A DNA stretch of 64,000 nucleotides from an uncultured delta proteobacterium (GTDB lineage: Bacteria > Desulfobacterota > Binatia > UBA9968): assembly GCA_963745835.1 (NCBI GenBank), contig CAVUZH010000008.1:64001-128000 (forward strand), in the 5' to 3' direction. How positions within the stretch are numbered: the first letter of the stretch is position 1; every line of letters begins with the position of its first letter. Made by a program: the position numbers and the translations under genes. Positions 42,115 to 52,425 of the stretch are shown one piece after another. Below the pieces are notes generated by a model, which was given only the letters and a program-made list of their open reading frames with translations, had not been told where the DNA came from and ran no database searches.

Positions 42115-43194
42115 ATGGAATATAGAACAGACGATCTACGAATAAAGGAAATAAAGGAGCTACTGCCGCCGGCGCAAGTGCTGCGCGATATCGCGATCAC
42201 GAGCAAGGCCGCCGAGACAGTATACCGGACGCGCCAAGCCATTCACCGAATCTTGCACGGTGCTGATGACCGTCTGCTGGTTATCTTGGGCCCATGTTCG
42301 ATTCATGACGTTAACGCCGCTAAAGAGTATGCCGGCAAGCTCAGAGAAGTGAAGGAGCGCCTCAGCAGTGATCTACTGCTGGTGATGCGTGTGTATTTCG
42401 AGAAACCGCGCACCACCGTCGGTTGGAAGGGGCTGATCAACGACCCCCAACTTGACGGCAGCTTCCGCATCAACGAAGGCTTGCGTATCAGCCGTCGACT
42501 CTTGCTCGATCTTAACGAGATGGCGGTGCCGGCGGGTTCCGAGTTTCTCGACATGATTACCCCGCAGTATGTCGCTGACCTGGTTTCCTGGGGAGCTATC
42601 GGCGCGCGCACGACCGAGAGTCAAGTGCACCGCGAGCTTGCTTCCGGCCTATCCTGTCCCGTCGGTTTCAAAAACGGCACTGACGGCAACGTCCGCATCG
42701 CCGTTGACGCCATCCGCGCCGCGCAAGCTCCGCATCATTTTCTCTCCGTAACCAAGGACGGTCATTCGGCGATCGTCTCAACCACCGGCAACGAAGATTG
42801 CCATGTCATTCTGCGAGGCGGTCGTAATCCCAATTACGATGCAAAAAACATCGATGCAGCGGCGAAGGGTATGGCGGAAGCCGGCATATCGGCGAGAATT
42901 ATGATCGATTGCAGCCATGGCAACAGCGGCAAAGAACCGGAAAAGCAGGTCGAGGTCGGTCGTCAGGTTGCCAGCCAAATTGCCGACGGCGATGCCCGGA
43001 TCTTCGGCGTTATGATCGAAAGCCATCTCAAAGCAGGCCGTCAAGATCTGATGCCGGGCAAAGAACTCGTCTACGGTTTAAGCATCACAGACGCGTGTGT
43101 CGGCTGGGAAGACACCGGCAAATTGGTAGAGGACCTCGCACATGCAGTTCGCCAGCGTCGCCTGAAGGCGGCTACTGAGGGCGAAGCGGAGTAG
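42115..43194 (+). CDS. aroG: 3-deoxy-7-phosphoheptulonate (DAHP) synthase, class I-alpha
   Basis: GPCSIHD, RVYFEKPRTTVGWKG, IGARTTESQ, GFKNGT, DCSHGNS, SITDAC. The AroG/F/H subtype is not resolved. Confidence 0.95.
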   Translation: MEYRTDDLRIKEIKELLPPAQVLRDIAITSKAAETVYRTRQAIHRILHGADDRLLVILGPCSIHDVNAAKEYAGKLREVKERLSSDLLLVMRVYFEKPRTTVGWKGLINDPQLDGSFRINEGLRISRRLLLDLNEMAVPAGSEFLDMITPQYVADLVSWGAIGARTTESQVHRELASGLSCPVGFKNGTDGNVRIAVDAIRAAQAPHHFLSVTKDGHSAIVSTTGNEDCHVILRGGRNPNYDAKNIDAAAKGMAEAGISARIMIDCSHGNSGKEPEKQVEVGRQVASQIADGDARIFGVMIESHLKAGRQDLMPGKELVYGLSITDACVGWEDTGKLVEDLAHAVRQRRLKAATEGEAE

Positions 43195-43579
43195 GGTTAA
43201 CGCTGGAAGGCCATAGCTGCTTGCAGATCCCCAGCAAGATCGGACCAACTCTTTAGTTTTCCTTCGGTATCACATTCCCCGGTGTTTCATCCTATGTAGC
43301 AATGTCATTGATAATTAATCCGCGAGTGCTTGATCTTATCCTGTGACTTGCCCGTCCCACGTTGCCATCCACTCAAATAATTCCGTGCCGATCAATCACG
43401 GTTAAATTCCTTAAGATACTCTCAATCCTTTTCACTGATGACGTGATTTTCCGCCGTGGAGTATCACTTTGCGATAAGCCGCACATACTTCCTCTTCAGA
43501 GAGCAGCCAATCGCATTATTGAGTTTTTTTGGTGAGGTGAACAAACATATAGCTAAAGTCTGGAATACACAGCCACTGC

Positions 43580-43608
43580 TTGACATCCACTTCCATTTCG
43601 AATAAGTC
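43580..43608 (+). promoter_or_regulatory. Possible sigma70 promoter of the three-gene secreted cassette
   Basis: TTGACA-17 nt-TAAGTC about 85 bp upstream of ATG 43692. Confidence 0.4.
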
Positions 43609-43691
43609 GCCCCGTCGCAGTTAACAGTTCAACGGCTCTATGACTGCCCCAGGATTAATCATAATCACTCGATCTGACACCGAGGGCGCCA

Positions 43692-46262
43692 ATGACAAGA
43701 CAGCTTTGCTTCTGCTTCACTGTTGCGATTTGTGCCGTTCTTTCGCTTGCTCTTTTCCACCCTGTATCAGCGCAGCAACTCGGGAGAGTCCTCTACGTCA
43801 ACAAAACTGACAACACCTGCAACGGTCGATCTCCCTGTCATCCGAAAATTCAGGCGGCGATTGACGTCTCTGCTCCCGGTGACACGATCCGGATACAAGC
43901 TGGGACCTATCCCGAACAGCTGAACATTCAAAAGAATGATTTTGCGAGCGCCGAGGAGGCAAGTCGTATCATCATTGAGGCGGATCCGGAGAGCGCTCCA
44001 GGCGCGGTTGTATTGACTGGATCTGCGGGTACCCAATGTACCAACAAATTTGCCATTCGTATCAGGCGCTCTAAATTCGTTACAATCCGAGGCCTAACGA
44101 TCACCGGCACCGGCGCTGAAGCGATCTTCATGATGGGTGGTGCCAATAGTAATCAGGGCATAAATATCGTCGAAAACCGCATTTACGGCAACGGTAGCAG
44201 TTCATGTAATGGTGGCATCACTATCGCTCGGGGAAACCCGGAGACGCTTATCGTCAACAACCTGATACACGCCAACGGACAAAATGGAATAGCCCTAATC
44301 GATGGGGACGGTGGCCCTCACTACATCATCAACAACACCGTATACGCCAACCAATGGAACGGTGTCTCCATCGCCTCGGGGAGGGACGTATTTCTTGTCA
44401 ACAATATTATCAATCAGAACGGTACCGCCTCAGGTACTAGTGGCGGACGTTTCGGCGTTCAGGTAGAAAGCTGGACCGCACCAACACCCGAGCGCGTTCA
44501 TCTGCTGAATAACCTGGTTTGCGGAAACCGGCAAGGAGAGATCTTTGGACAAGCTCTCGATACCACGGATTCCGGCAATCTTTCGCCGCACGGAACCGAG
44601 GGCTCGGGCTTTACTCCCAGCGCGGGATGCAACAACGCGGACGGTGTGCTGGCCAATGTGAAAGGTCCTGACGGCATCGCAAACACGAGAGACGATGATT
44701 ATAGGTTATTAAGCGTTTCACCTGCGCTCGATAGCGGCCTAGACACCCGCACTCTAGGCCTAAGCCCACTCTTTAATCCCATCTTAGAAGGCGACTACTA
44801 TATAGATCTAACACGCCCTAGAATAGGAAAGCGCGGAAATCATGCTCAGTTTGATATCGGCGCTCACGAATATATAATCGCCAACCAATCGCCAGTGGCC
44901 AACGCCGGCCAAACAGTGACAGTGACATCCGGCACGATCGTCAGTCTTAACGGCAGTAGCAGCTTCGATCCCGACGGTGATTCGCTTAGCTATCATTGGG
45001 CACAGACCGCGGGTCCCGGCGTGACCATTTCAAATCCTACTGCCGCCGGCCCGGTATTGACAGCGCCAACAGTCCAAGGGCTAACGATTTTAACTTTTCA
45101 ACTCACGGTCAGCGACGGCTTAGTAGATAGCTCGGCAAGCGTCAACATTACAGTTACCAAACCAAACCAGCCGCCGGTGCTTTCATCTATTGGCGACAGA
45201 ACAGTAACAGTCGGAAGCACTCTTCAATTCACCGTCAGCGCCAGCGATCCGGACGATGATCCTTTGATCTACTCCGTTGCGCCTTTACCGGCAAATGCTG
45301 CGTTCGATGCCGGCACGCGATTATTCGCATTCACGCCGATTGTAAGCCAGGTAGGCTCGTTCAGTCTCACCGTAGCAGCGAGCGACGGCAAAGGAGGGAC
45401 GGCATCAGAGAGCATCAGGATCACCGTGACGGCTGGGTTAGCGATCAACATCACGACTCCGACCAATGGCGCGACCGTGCCGTCAGGACAGCTCACCGTG
45501 CGTGGATCGATAACGAATCCCACTGGAGGTGAGGTAGGCGTAACGGTGAATGGGTTTCCGGCGTGGATTCAGGAGAATACGTTCACGGCATTGGTCTCCG
45601 TGGCACCTGAGACGACGAGCCTCACAGCGTCTGCAACTTCTCGGAACGGGGCGACAGCCACCCATATGATAAAGATTGGCCTTTCTGAGTCATCGATTCC
45701 CGCTCTTATGCTTCATGCCAGCCCGAATAGTGGTACGGCGCCCCTTACGGTTACGTTCTCATTGCTTACTGATTTTCAGACTACGCACGTGAGCTTTGAT
45801 GCGGACGGCAACGGTGAGATCGACTATAATAGTCCGCAACTGAACAATCAGATCTTCACTTTTACAGATCCGGGTGTTTACGTTGCTATAGGCACGGCGT
45901 TCGATGCTCAAGGGAATCAGTTTGGTGCGGATGCCATCATTCAAGTTTTCGATTCTTCACAGTTGGATATTATTCTGAAAGCCAAGTGGGTTGCGATGAA
46001 AGATGCCTTGCGAGTTGGAAATATCGAGCTGGCGTTAAATGAGATCGTAGCTCGGTCCCGCTCGCGCTATGAAGAAGCGTTTCAGATAATCGCGACACAA
46101 CTACCAAACATTGATCAGATACTTCCGAATATCTCGTTGGTTCGCATTGGGAATCTCTCGGCAGTTTACGAAGCCATTCGTATAGATGATGGTTTGGGAA
46201 TGTCCTTTGAGGTGCGCTTTGCAATTGATGGAGACGGTATTTGGCGAATGGAAACATTCTAA
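43692..46262 (+). CDS. Secreted protein: right-handed beta-helix, four PKD/Ig-like domains, and a roughly 100-aa C-terminal alpha+beta domain
   Basis: Signal peptide, IQAAID..PGDTIRIQAGTY, Asn-ladder repeats (NNLIHAN, NNTVYAN, NNIINQN), NQSPVANAG..SFDPDGD, NQPPVL..ASDPDDD, ITTPTNG, GTAPLTVTF, terminal DGDGIWRMETF. Confidence 0.85.
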   Translation: MTRQLCFCFTVAICAVLSLALFHPVSAQQLGRVLYVNKTDNTCNGRSPCHPKIQAAIDVSAPGDTIRIQAGTYPEQLNIQKNDFASAEEASRIIIEADPESAPGAVVLTGSAGTQCTNKFAIRIRRSKFVTIRGLTITGTGAEAIFMMGGANSNQGINIVENRIYGNGSSSCNGGITIARGNPETLIVNNLIHANGQNGIALIDGDGGPHYIINNTVYANQWNGVSIASGRDVFLVNNIINQNGTASGTSGGRFGVQVESWTAPTPERVHLLNNLVCGNRQGEIFGQALDTTDSGNLSPHGTEGSGFTPSAGCNNADGVLANVKGPDGIANTRDDDYRLLSVSPALDSGLDTRTLGLSPLFNPILEGDYYIDLTRPRIGKRGNHAQFDIGAHEYIIANQSPVANAGQTVTVTSGTIVSLNGSSSFDPDGDSLSYHWAQTAGPGVTISNPTAAGPVLTAPTVQGLTILTFQLTVSDGLVDSSASVNITVTKPNQPPVLSSIGDRTVTVGSTLQFTVSASDPDDDPLIYSVAPLPANAAFDAGTRLFAFTPIVSQVGSFSLTVAASDGKGGTASESIRITVTAGLAINITTPTNGATVPSGQLTVRGSITNPTGGEVGVTVNGFPAWIQENTFTALVSVAPETTSLTASATSRNGATATHMIKIGLSESSIPALMLHASPNSGTAPLTVTFSLLTDFQTTHVSFDADGNGEIDYNSPQLNNQIFTFTDPGVYVAIGTAFDAQGNQFGADAIIQVFDSSQLDIILKAKWVAMKDALRVGNIELALNEIVARSRSRYEEAFQIIATQLPNIDQILPNISLVRIGNLSAVYEAIRIDDGLGMSFEVRFAIDGDGIWRMETF

Positions 46263-46274
46263 GGAACACGAAGG

Positions 46275-46901
46275 ATGATGATTTGCACATCGAAAACCGG
46301 CAAATTCCTGCAACGCCTAACGAGATGGTGGGCGGTCGCACTTTTGGTAGTCCTTACATTAAGTTGTCTTGGGGTGACTGAACGTGCAACTGCCGCTGGG
46401 CCCTGGAAAGGACAAATTGTCGATAAAGAAACGGGAAAGCCATTGGAGGGGGTTGTTGTGCTGGCGACTTGGTACAAAGCATACAGCACACACGGCGGGT
46501 GGGGTGGTGCTGGGTATCACGATTCGGAAGAAGTCGTGACGGACACGAACGGTCGATTTACGATTCAGTCAAAACAAACGTGGACGATAAATCCGTTCAG
46601 CACCATCAAAGGCCCGGAATTTTACATATTCAAACCTGGGTATGGGCAATGGCAGTTTGAAGGTCAGGATCGATGGAGTAAAGACGCGCTGGAAAGTGAA
46701 GAACAACGAAAGCAAACATGGCAAAAATTCGTAGGCGAAGGTGTAACGTTGGAGTTGCCGAGACTGAGTTCGCGTGATGCTAGATTGAAATTTCTTAAAA
46801 GACCAGATGGTGAGATCCCATCGGACAGAATGCCACAGTACCTCGAAGCACTTGATCAAGAGCGCATAAGCTTAGGTTTAAGACCAGGTTACGTGCAGTA
46901 A
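46275..46901 (+). CDS. Exported carboxypeptidase-regulatory-like (beta-sandwich) domain protein
   Basis: Hydrophobic leader then GQIVDKETGKPLEGVVV, TDTNGRFTI, IFKPGY. Confidence 0.8.
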   Translation: MMICTSKTGKFLQRLTRWWAVALLVVLTLSCLGVTERATAAGPWKGQIVDKETGKPLEGVVVLATWYKAYSTHGGWGGAGYHDSEEVVTDTNGRFTIQSKQTWTINPFSTIKGPEFYIFKPGYGQWQFEGQDRWSKDALESEEQRKQTWQKFVGEGVTLELPRLSSRDARLKFLKRPDGEIPSDRMPQYLEALDQERISLGLRPGYVQ

Positions 46902-46912
46902 AGGAGTTTAAT

Positions 46913-49900
46913 TTGCGCAACTATAGTCTCGTAGGTCAACTACTCTCTCTGCTTGTAACTATCCTATTAGGCTGTCCTACTGCACTTGATGCGTATGACA
47001 TTGGAACTCATCAGCGGATCGCTGAGCGAGCGACAGACCAATCGGTCGTAAATACATATCTTCGTGACCAGTTAGATCTTCGAGAGGGAGCAAACGAAAT
47101 CTTCCTTGGGCGCTCGGTACGGGACTGGATCACTTTCGGGACTCGATTCGAAGACGAACCTTCAGCTCGTGTCCTAAATCACTTTCACAATCCTTTACAG
47201 GCGTGGGGACAGGCAGGTCTCACTCTACCAGTGTTGGGACAACGCGGCCAGTCTTCCATTTTTTGGGGGCAGAACCCAAATCAAAACCCTGGAGGTAAAT
47301 GGTCTTGGCTGGATTTGCGAAAGAAGTACGCGGAAGCGTTGAGCTTGCCGACGAGGTTCAGCCGTGACCGATCCTTTGCAGACCTGTTTCGTGGCCTCGG
47401 CCATCTGAGCCACCTGGTGCAAGATGCAACCGTTCCGGCACATGTGCGGAATGATTCTCATGTGTGCCTGCCGGTTCCTTTTATTAACATCTGTCCACCG
47501 ATGAATCCTGATTGGTACGAAGATTGGGCTGAAAGAAGGCGAGATCAGGTAGATGCCTTCATAGCTTTACAACCCATCACACCGGCACACTCAATTTTTA
47601 CGCCAACAAATGACAGCCAAGCTAGAGTTCCCATAGCGCGGCTTGTTGATACTGACAGATTTCAGGACGGAGACTTTTCGATACTCTCCGACGCGAATCT
47701 TGGAACTTCAGAATTCACGAGCGGAAATTTCCTTAGTAGAGACCGTATCTTTAAAGTCTTTACGCTGCCCCGAACTAGTAGCTTAGACTTGGATAATCCA
47801 GTGGTTATCCCGGAGGGCATCAGTTTTAGGCGGTATTACAGTAAAATTCGAGAGGGAGTCTCAGTGCATCGCTTTATCTCAGAAGGAATGCTTTGGAAAG
47901 CATTAGTAACCGCGAGACAAGCGCCGCCTCCATCTGGTGGTTGGACAATGGACGATCGAGTTCATGCGGATTACGCAAAACTTCTTCTTCCCCGCGCGGT
48001 CGGCTATTCAGCAAGCCTGTTCGATTATTTCTTCCGCGGCAAGCTCAACGTTGACGTGTCAACCGATCCGAACGATATGTCACTAGTGCGGGTTGAGGGA
48101 ACCAACGGGTCGACGGAGAAACTCGATGGTGGAACTCTCGAACTCTACAGCGAAGATATTACCGGAGCACGGATCGCGGCTACACCAGTTGGCACGAATA
48201 CGGTAACGGCAGATCCGGGCCAGCCGATATCGGCTACTTTTAGATTGCCAGCCAATAGCGACAAGTTAATGGCGGTTTACAAAGGAAAGCTCGGTGACGA
48301 AGCGCCACAAGGTGATTTCCCGGGGGCTATTATCGGCAAGTCTCTTAGCCCGCAACGTGTTGAGCAAATCTTTTCGGATTCGATCCGTTGGTACATTAGA
48401 AATTCCAGCGGCGCGTTTCCGTTGTCACTTTTGAAATCCGACCTCGACGATCTCCAGTGGGGCGACAGTGGTAACACGCTTGTGGGGCGGAGCCGTATAG
48501 GACCAGGGCAGCCGAACTTATTTTACACATACAGAATCAATCGACTCGTCGGAGCGACGCACATCCCACTCACAGCGAACAATGAGGTGGATATTCACAC
48601 CATACAGCAGTACTCGTTTCCAATGGGCGTAGGCATTGGCACCAACGCACAATTTTCGCATACGTTGCCTTACAAGCAACATCTGTTGTGGAAACAGATT
48701 AAGGCCGTTCAAACCTGGGTGCCAACGGAGTTAGACAATCCCGCGGCGGGTTCCTATATCTCGGGGCCATCTGAAGTTATGTACGGGATAAGCCTGCTCG
48801 TAGACGAAGTTAAGTCCACCAGCTTAAATTACTCACTTCTGTTGGACGAAAGTTCGCATGTCTTCGGCACTGGTGCGTCTCAATACAACTGGAACGTCTG
48901 GAGTATTCATCTTACGGACGACGGAAGACCTCTGGCGCTTGTCCAGATTAATCTTACGAGCAACAGTCTTGGAACCGCCACCTTCTCTTCACGGACACTT
49001 GGCGGTGGAGGGAATGGAAGTGCCGCGCCGCCGATTATTGAATTACCTTCAGTGCAGGTTCCGTTCGGATTGCCAGAACTGGGACCCATCTGGGCTTTGA
49101 TCGATATAACAACGGGGCAGATTCTAGCCAATACGGCTCCGCCGAACGTGGTGATCAACCACACCAACGGGCGAACGGTTTATCATCCGAGCCAGGCGCC
49201 GACATATCGAGTATTATCGACAACGCGGTACTTTGGCGGCCCACAAAATGGCGCAATCGAGCCCTGGACCGCTGCTGACGATTCTATTCCGCCAGTCCAT
49301 AACCGAAATCAATGTACCGTCGATCGGCTAAATGCAATGAACGTGGTTGCCAGTCAATCGGTTAGTCCGCCTCATGTTCAAACCCAGTTAACGCAGAACC
49401 GTGCCGAAATCGGTCAGCTCGACTTCGGATCCGTCCCATTTACTTCCGGGAGTGTTCTTAACTTCGCGATCGATTGTGGTGATGCCCTTAGCCCGGCGCA
49501 GGGCTTCCGAATTGTTGTAGCTCCTGGGCCGTTGTTTGCGCCTAACAACATTGGCGAGTTTGGTGCCGGCGTGCTGCGCATTACACCTACGGCCGGAACT
49601 GAAAAGCTCGTGTTTCTCATGAGTCAGGCCCAGAATGACTCGGTCTCCAGCCAGCGGACGAAGTTGATCGCATGGAATCCAGAGCTGTCTCGTATTGATG
49701 CGGTAAAAGAATTTACCGATCAGGGGCTTCACGCGCTTACGACGGCGAGCCGTGACGCCGCACTGTTTGTCACTATTGGCATCACTAGCAACCAGTCCAG
49801 GCTGGTCGATTTTTCGACAGAGAGCGCAACATCAGTTTCGAATCAGCTCCTGTTCGACTATTCCTTGTTGGATCCGTCCTATTTGTACAATACGAGCGAT

Positions 49901-50029
49901 TTCAAGTTTCACAGCAAAGACCCCTCTTTGGCTTCGACCGGCACGCCGGTCAGTTTGGCGCCTGCGCTGAGCGGAAATCCGCGGGGGCGCTATCACCTGC
50001 TAAGGATCGGCGGAGGAGCGTTAAACTGA
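46913..50029 (+). CDS. Secreted Zn-dependent phospholipase C/P1-nuclease-fold protein with a long unknown C-terminal region
   Basis: AAGGAG RBS with TTG start. Signal peptide ends ALDA, mature start YDIGTH, then EDEP..R..NHF, GHLSHLVQD..VPAH, YEDW metal-ligand pattern. Confidence 0.75.
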   Translation: MRNYSLVGQLLSLLVTILLGCPTALDAYDIGTHQRIAERATDQSVVNTYLRDQLDLREGANEIFLGRSVRDWITFGTRFEDEPSARVLNHFHNPLQAWGQAGLTLPVLGQRGQSSIFWGQNPNQNPGGKWSWLDLRKKYAEALSLPTRFSRDRSFADLFRGLGHLSHLVQDATVPAHVRNDSHVCLPVPFINICPPMNPDWYEDWAERRRDQVDAFIALQPITPAHSIFTPTNDSQARVPIARLVDTDRFQDGDFSILSDANLGTSEFTSGNFLSRDRIFKVFTLPRTSSLDLDNPVVIPEGISFRRYYSKIREGVSVHRFISEGMLWKALVTARQAPPPSGGWTMDDRVHADYAKLLLPRAVGYSASLFDYFFRGKLNVDVSTDPNDMSLVRVEGTNGSTEKLDGGTLELYSEDITGARIAATPVGTNTVTADPGQPISATFRLPANSDKLMAVYKGKLGDEAPQGDFPGAIIGKSLSPQRVEQIFSDSIRWYIRNSSGAFPLSLLKSDLDDLQWGDSGNTLVGRSRIGPGQPNLFYTYRINRLVGATHIPLTANNEVDIHTIQQYSFPMGVGIGTNAQFSHTLPYKQHLLWKQIKAVQTWVPTELDNPAAGSYISGPSEVMYGISLLVDEVKSTSLNYSLLLDESSHVFGTGASQYNWNVWSIHLTDDGRPLALVQINLTSNSLGTATFSSRTLGGGGNGSAAPPIIELPSVQVPFGLPELGPIWALIDITTGQILANTAPPNVVINHTNGRTVYHPSQAPTYRVLSTTRYFGGPQNGAIEPWTAADDSIPPVHNRNQCTVDRLNAMNVVASQSVSPPHVQTQLTQNRAEIGQLDFGSVPFTSGSVLNFAIDCGDALSPAQGFRIVVAPGPLFAPNNIGEFGAGVLRITPTAGTEKLVFLMSQAQNDSVSSQRTKLIAWNPELSRIDAVKEFTDQGLHALTTASRDAALFVTIGITSNQSRLVDFSTESATSVSNQLLFDYSLLDPSYLYNTSDFKFHSKDPSLASTGTPVSLAPALSGNPRGRYHLLRIGGGALN

Positions 50030-50240
50030 TGCGATTAAACACCGGTCTACTCTTGGCGAAATGACGAGCATGAGTGTTTCAGACGGACACCATCCATGGA
50101 CTAAAAACTTTTCGCATAAACTTTTTTGAAGCACCGATCGACGGTCGATATATCGGGATAAGAATCCCATTCAGGCGCCCATGCGAGACATTTTGAACTC
50201 CAGAACCGCCTTCAGGTTATGCAGTGTACTCACAGAGCGC
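49893..50240 (+). repeat. Direct repeat, copy 1 (PLC-like gene 3' end + spacer + mgtC 3' remnant)
   Basis: 49893-50029 is identical to 61902-62038, near-identical to 50119/62129, then diverged similarity to about 50240/62257. Confidence 0.95.
50171..50240 (-). pseudogene. Diverged 3'-terminal remnant of mgtC
   Basis: Translates RSVSTLHNLKAVLEFKMSRMGA* versus RLVNTLHNMVTVQEFKMSPMGD* at the end of the intact gene. Confidence 0.8.
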
Positions 50241-50702
50241 CCAATCATTTGCTGTCCGTCAAAAGGACGGTCATTCGGCCATCATCCCAACCACCGGCAA
50301 CGAATATTGCCCTGTCATTCTCCGCGGCGGTCGTAATCCCAATTACGATGCAAAAAACATCGATGCAGCGGCCAAGGGTATGGCAGAAGCCGGCATACCG
50401 GCGAGAATTATGATCGATTGCAGCCATGGCAACAGCGGCAAAGAACCGGAAAAGCAGGTCGAGGTCGGTCGTCAGGTTGCCAGCCAAATTGCCGACGGCG
50501 ATGCTAGGATTTTCGGCGTTATGATCGAAAGCCATCTCAAAGCAGGCCGTCAAGATCTGATGCCGGGCAAAGAACTCGTCTACGGTTTAAGCATCACAGA
50601 CGCGTGTGTCGGCTGGGAAGACACCGGAAATTGGTAGAGGACCTCGCACATGCAGTTCGCCAGCGTCGCCTGAAGGCGGCTACTGAGGGCGAAGCGGAAT
50701 AG
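50237..50702 (+). pseudogene. Duplicated 3' portion of aroG (copy of 42727-43194) with two 1-bp deletions
   Basis: Colinear match through GAAGCGGA(A/G)TAG. The first about 95 bp are diverged and the rest is near-identical. Confidence 0.95.
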
Positions 50703-51027
50703 ATTGTACTCGATGGCTATATAAGACCTCTTCCTCTTTTGTCTTACCCAATCGGCGACTGCTTAAACCTAGCAACGTCAATCGTCGGTTATCAGCAACT
50801 GCTTGGTTATCTGTGCGGGAATTTGCGCGTCGCCAGCACTCCGTCCGGGTCCCGGTCGCACTCCGACCAGGAACCAACTACGGCCAATTCCTCCTAAGAT
50901 CCTAACAAAACCCTCGAACAACCTCCGCTCGATTATGATGCCTTTGGGTATGTGTGTGCGCACGTTCTCGGACAATAGGGTATCACCACAAATCAATTGA
51001 AGGAGAATTCAGTTCAATCCTGGCGAT

Positions 51028-51172
51028 ACTTGATCACCTTATCCGCCTGTGTGAGCACTCTCTGCGGGGATGGTGACCAATCTGCTTGGCTGCTTTCAGA
51101 TTGATGATGAGTTCGAATTTCGTGGGTTGCTCAATGGGCAGATCGGCGGGCTTGGCGCCCTTGAGAATTTTA
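51028..51172 (-). pseudogene. C-terminal remnant of an ABC_sub_bind-type substrate-binding protein
   Basis: [32 protein letters not shown]...ADKVI, the typical C-terminus of this family. Confidence 0.8.
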
Positions 51173-51255
51173 TGGCGGCAACTGGCTGGAGAAAAGATTA
51201 CGAATTTGACATCGCGGCGGCCCTCCCCTACAAGGAAACGTATGAAGGAGGCTTT

Positions 51256-52412
51256 ATGAGGAGCGCATACGGCTTGACGATTCCTGAGCACGATCCGGAA
51301 TTGACCGAAGTAGGTCCTGGAACTCCTGGTGGCGAGCTCCTGCGCCGCTACTGGCAGCCTGTTTGTGTTTCAGAGGACCTACAGGCTTTACCCAAGCGCG
51401 TCCGGATTTTGGGTGAGGATCTTCTAGCTTTCCGGGACGGCAACGGCAGGCCTGGATTACTTTTCTTTCGTTGTAGCCACAGGGGAACGTCTTTGGAGTA
51501 CGGGCGCATTGAGGATCGGGGAATACGTTGCTGCTATCACGGCTGGCTCTACGACGTCGAGGGCAATGTTCTCGACATGCCATTGGAGCCTGTGGAAAGC
51601 ACTTTCAAAGAGCGCATTCAACACCCATGTTACCCCGTTAAAGAATTTGGGGGTTTAGTTTTCGGCTACATGGGACCATTGGAAAAAATGCCCCAACTCC
51701 CAATTTACGACGTCTGGATGAGAGAAGGTGGCTTTTTAAAAGCGCGTATGGGTCCTAGAGTCGGGGGCGCGGTTAATTGTAATTGGCTTCAAAGCGAAGA
51801 AAACCTCATGGATGCGCTCCATGGCGTCTGGCTCCATACTGTTCACAGCGGACCGCAATTTCCAACGGATCTGCACAACACATTGCCGGAAGAGATTAAA
51901 TACGAAGAGACTGAGATGGGGATGAGGTTTGTAATGACCAGGAAACTTCGGAACGGAAACTGGTGGGATGTCATATGGGAAATGATCATGCCGCTCAATA
52001 TTCATCTAACTTATACGGACGAGCCCAAGACCGAGAAGGTCCGCTCCCTTGCCTTTTGTGTGCCGGTCGATGATACGCATCAGATTGGCGCCAGCATCCG
52101 ATGGGTCCCGGAACGTGAGATAGAAACAAGAACGGGACGTGAAAAATTGGCCCCGGGAGGCATTTCGGACAGGACTTATGAATTTACGCAGAGGCATCCG
52201 ATAGAAAAGAGGCGCAGGAAGGTCAGGGACCAATCGCGATTCACGCTTTGGAACATCTTGCGAGCTCTGATAGGGGTGTCATCATGTTCCGCAAGATTCT
52301 GCGAGAAGCTATTGATGCTGTAAAGGAAGAAAGGGACCCGAAAGGAATTATTAGAGATCCCAACAAAGCCCGCTGTGTTGCCACCACCGGGGGAAGTATC
52401 ATCAGGGACTGA
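51256..52412 (+). pseudogene. Rieske aromatic-ring oxygenase alpha subunit (phthalate dioxygenase-like), frameshift near 52200
   Basis: [21 protein letters not shown]...CCYHGW, ENLMD..H...H. The C-terminus KEAQEGQG..EHLASSDRGV is in another frame. GGAGG RBS. Confidence 0.88.
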
Positions 52413-52425
52413 CAAAAAACAGTTC

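Noticed and set aside
43300-43345. FNR boxes (TTGAT-N4-ATCAA) for the Crp/Fnr regulator
   Set aside because: Only half-sites or poor matches were found here and in other intergenic regions.
51070-51255. N-terminal extension of the Rieske ORF
   Set aside because: It overlaps the antisense ABC_sub_bind remnant, and the GGAGG RBS points to ATG 51256.
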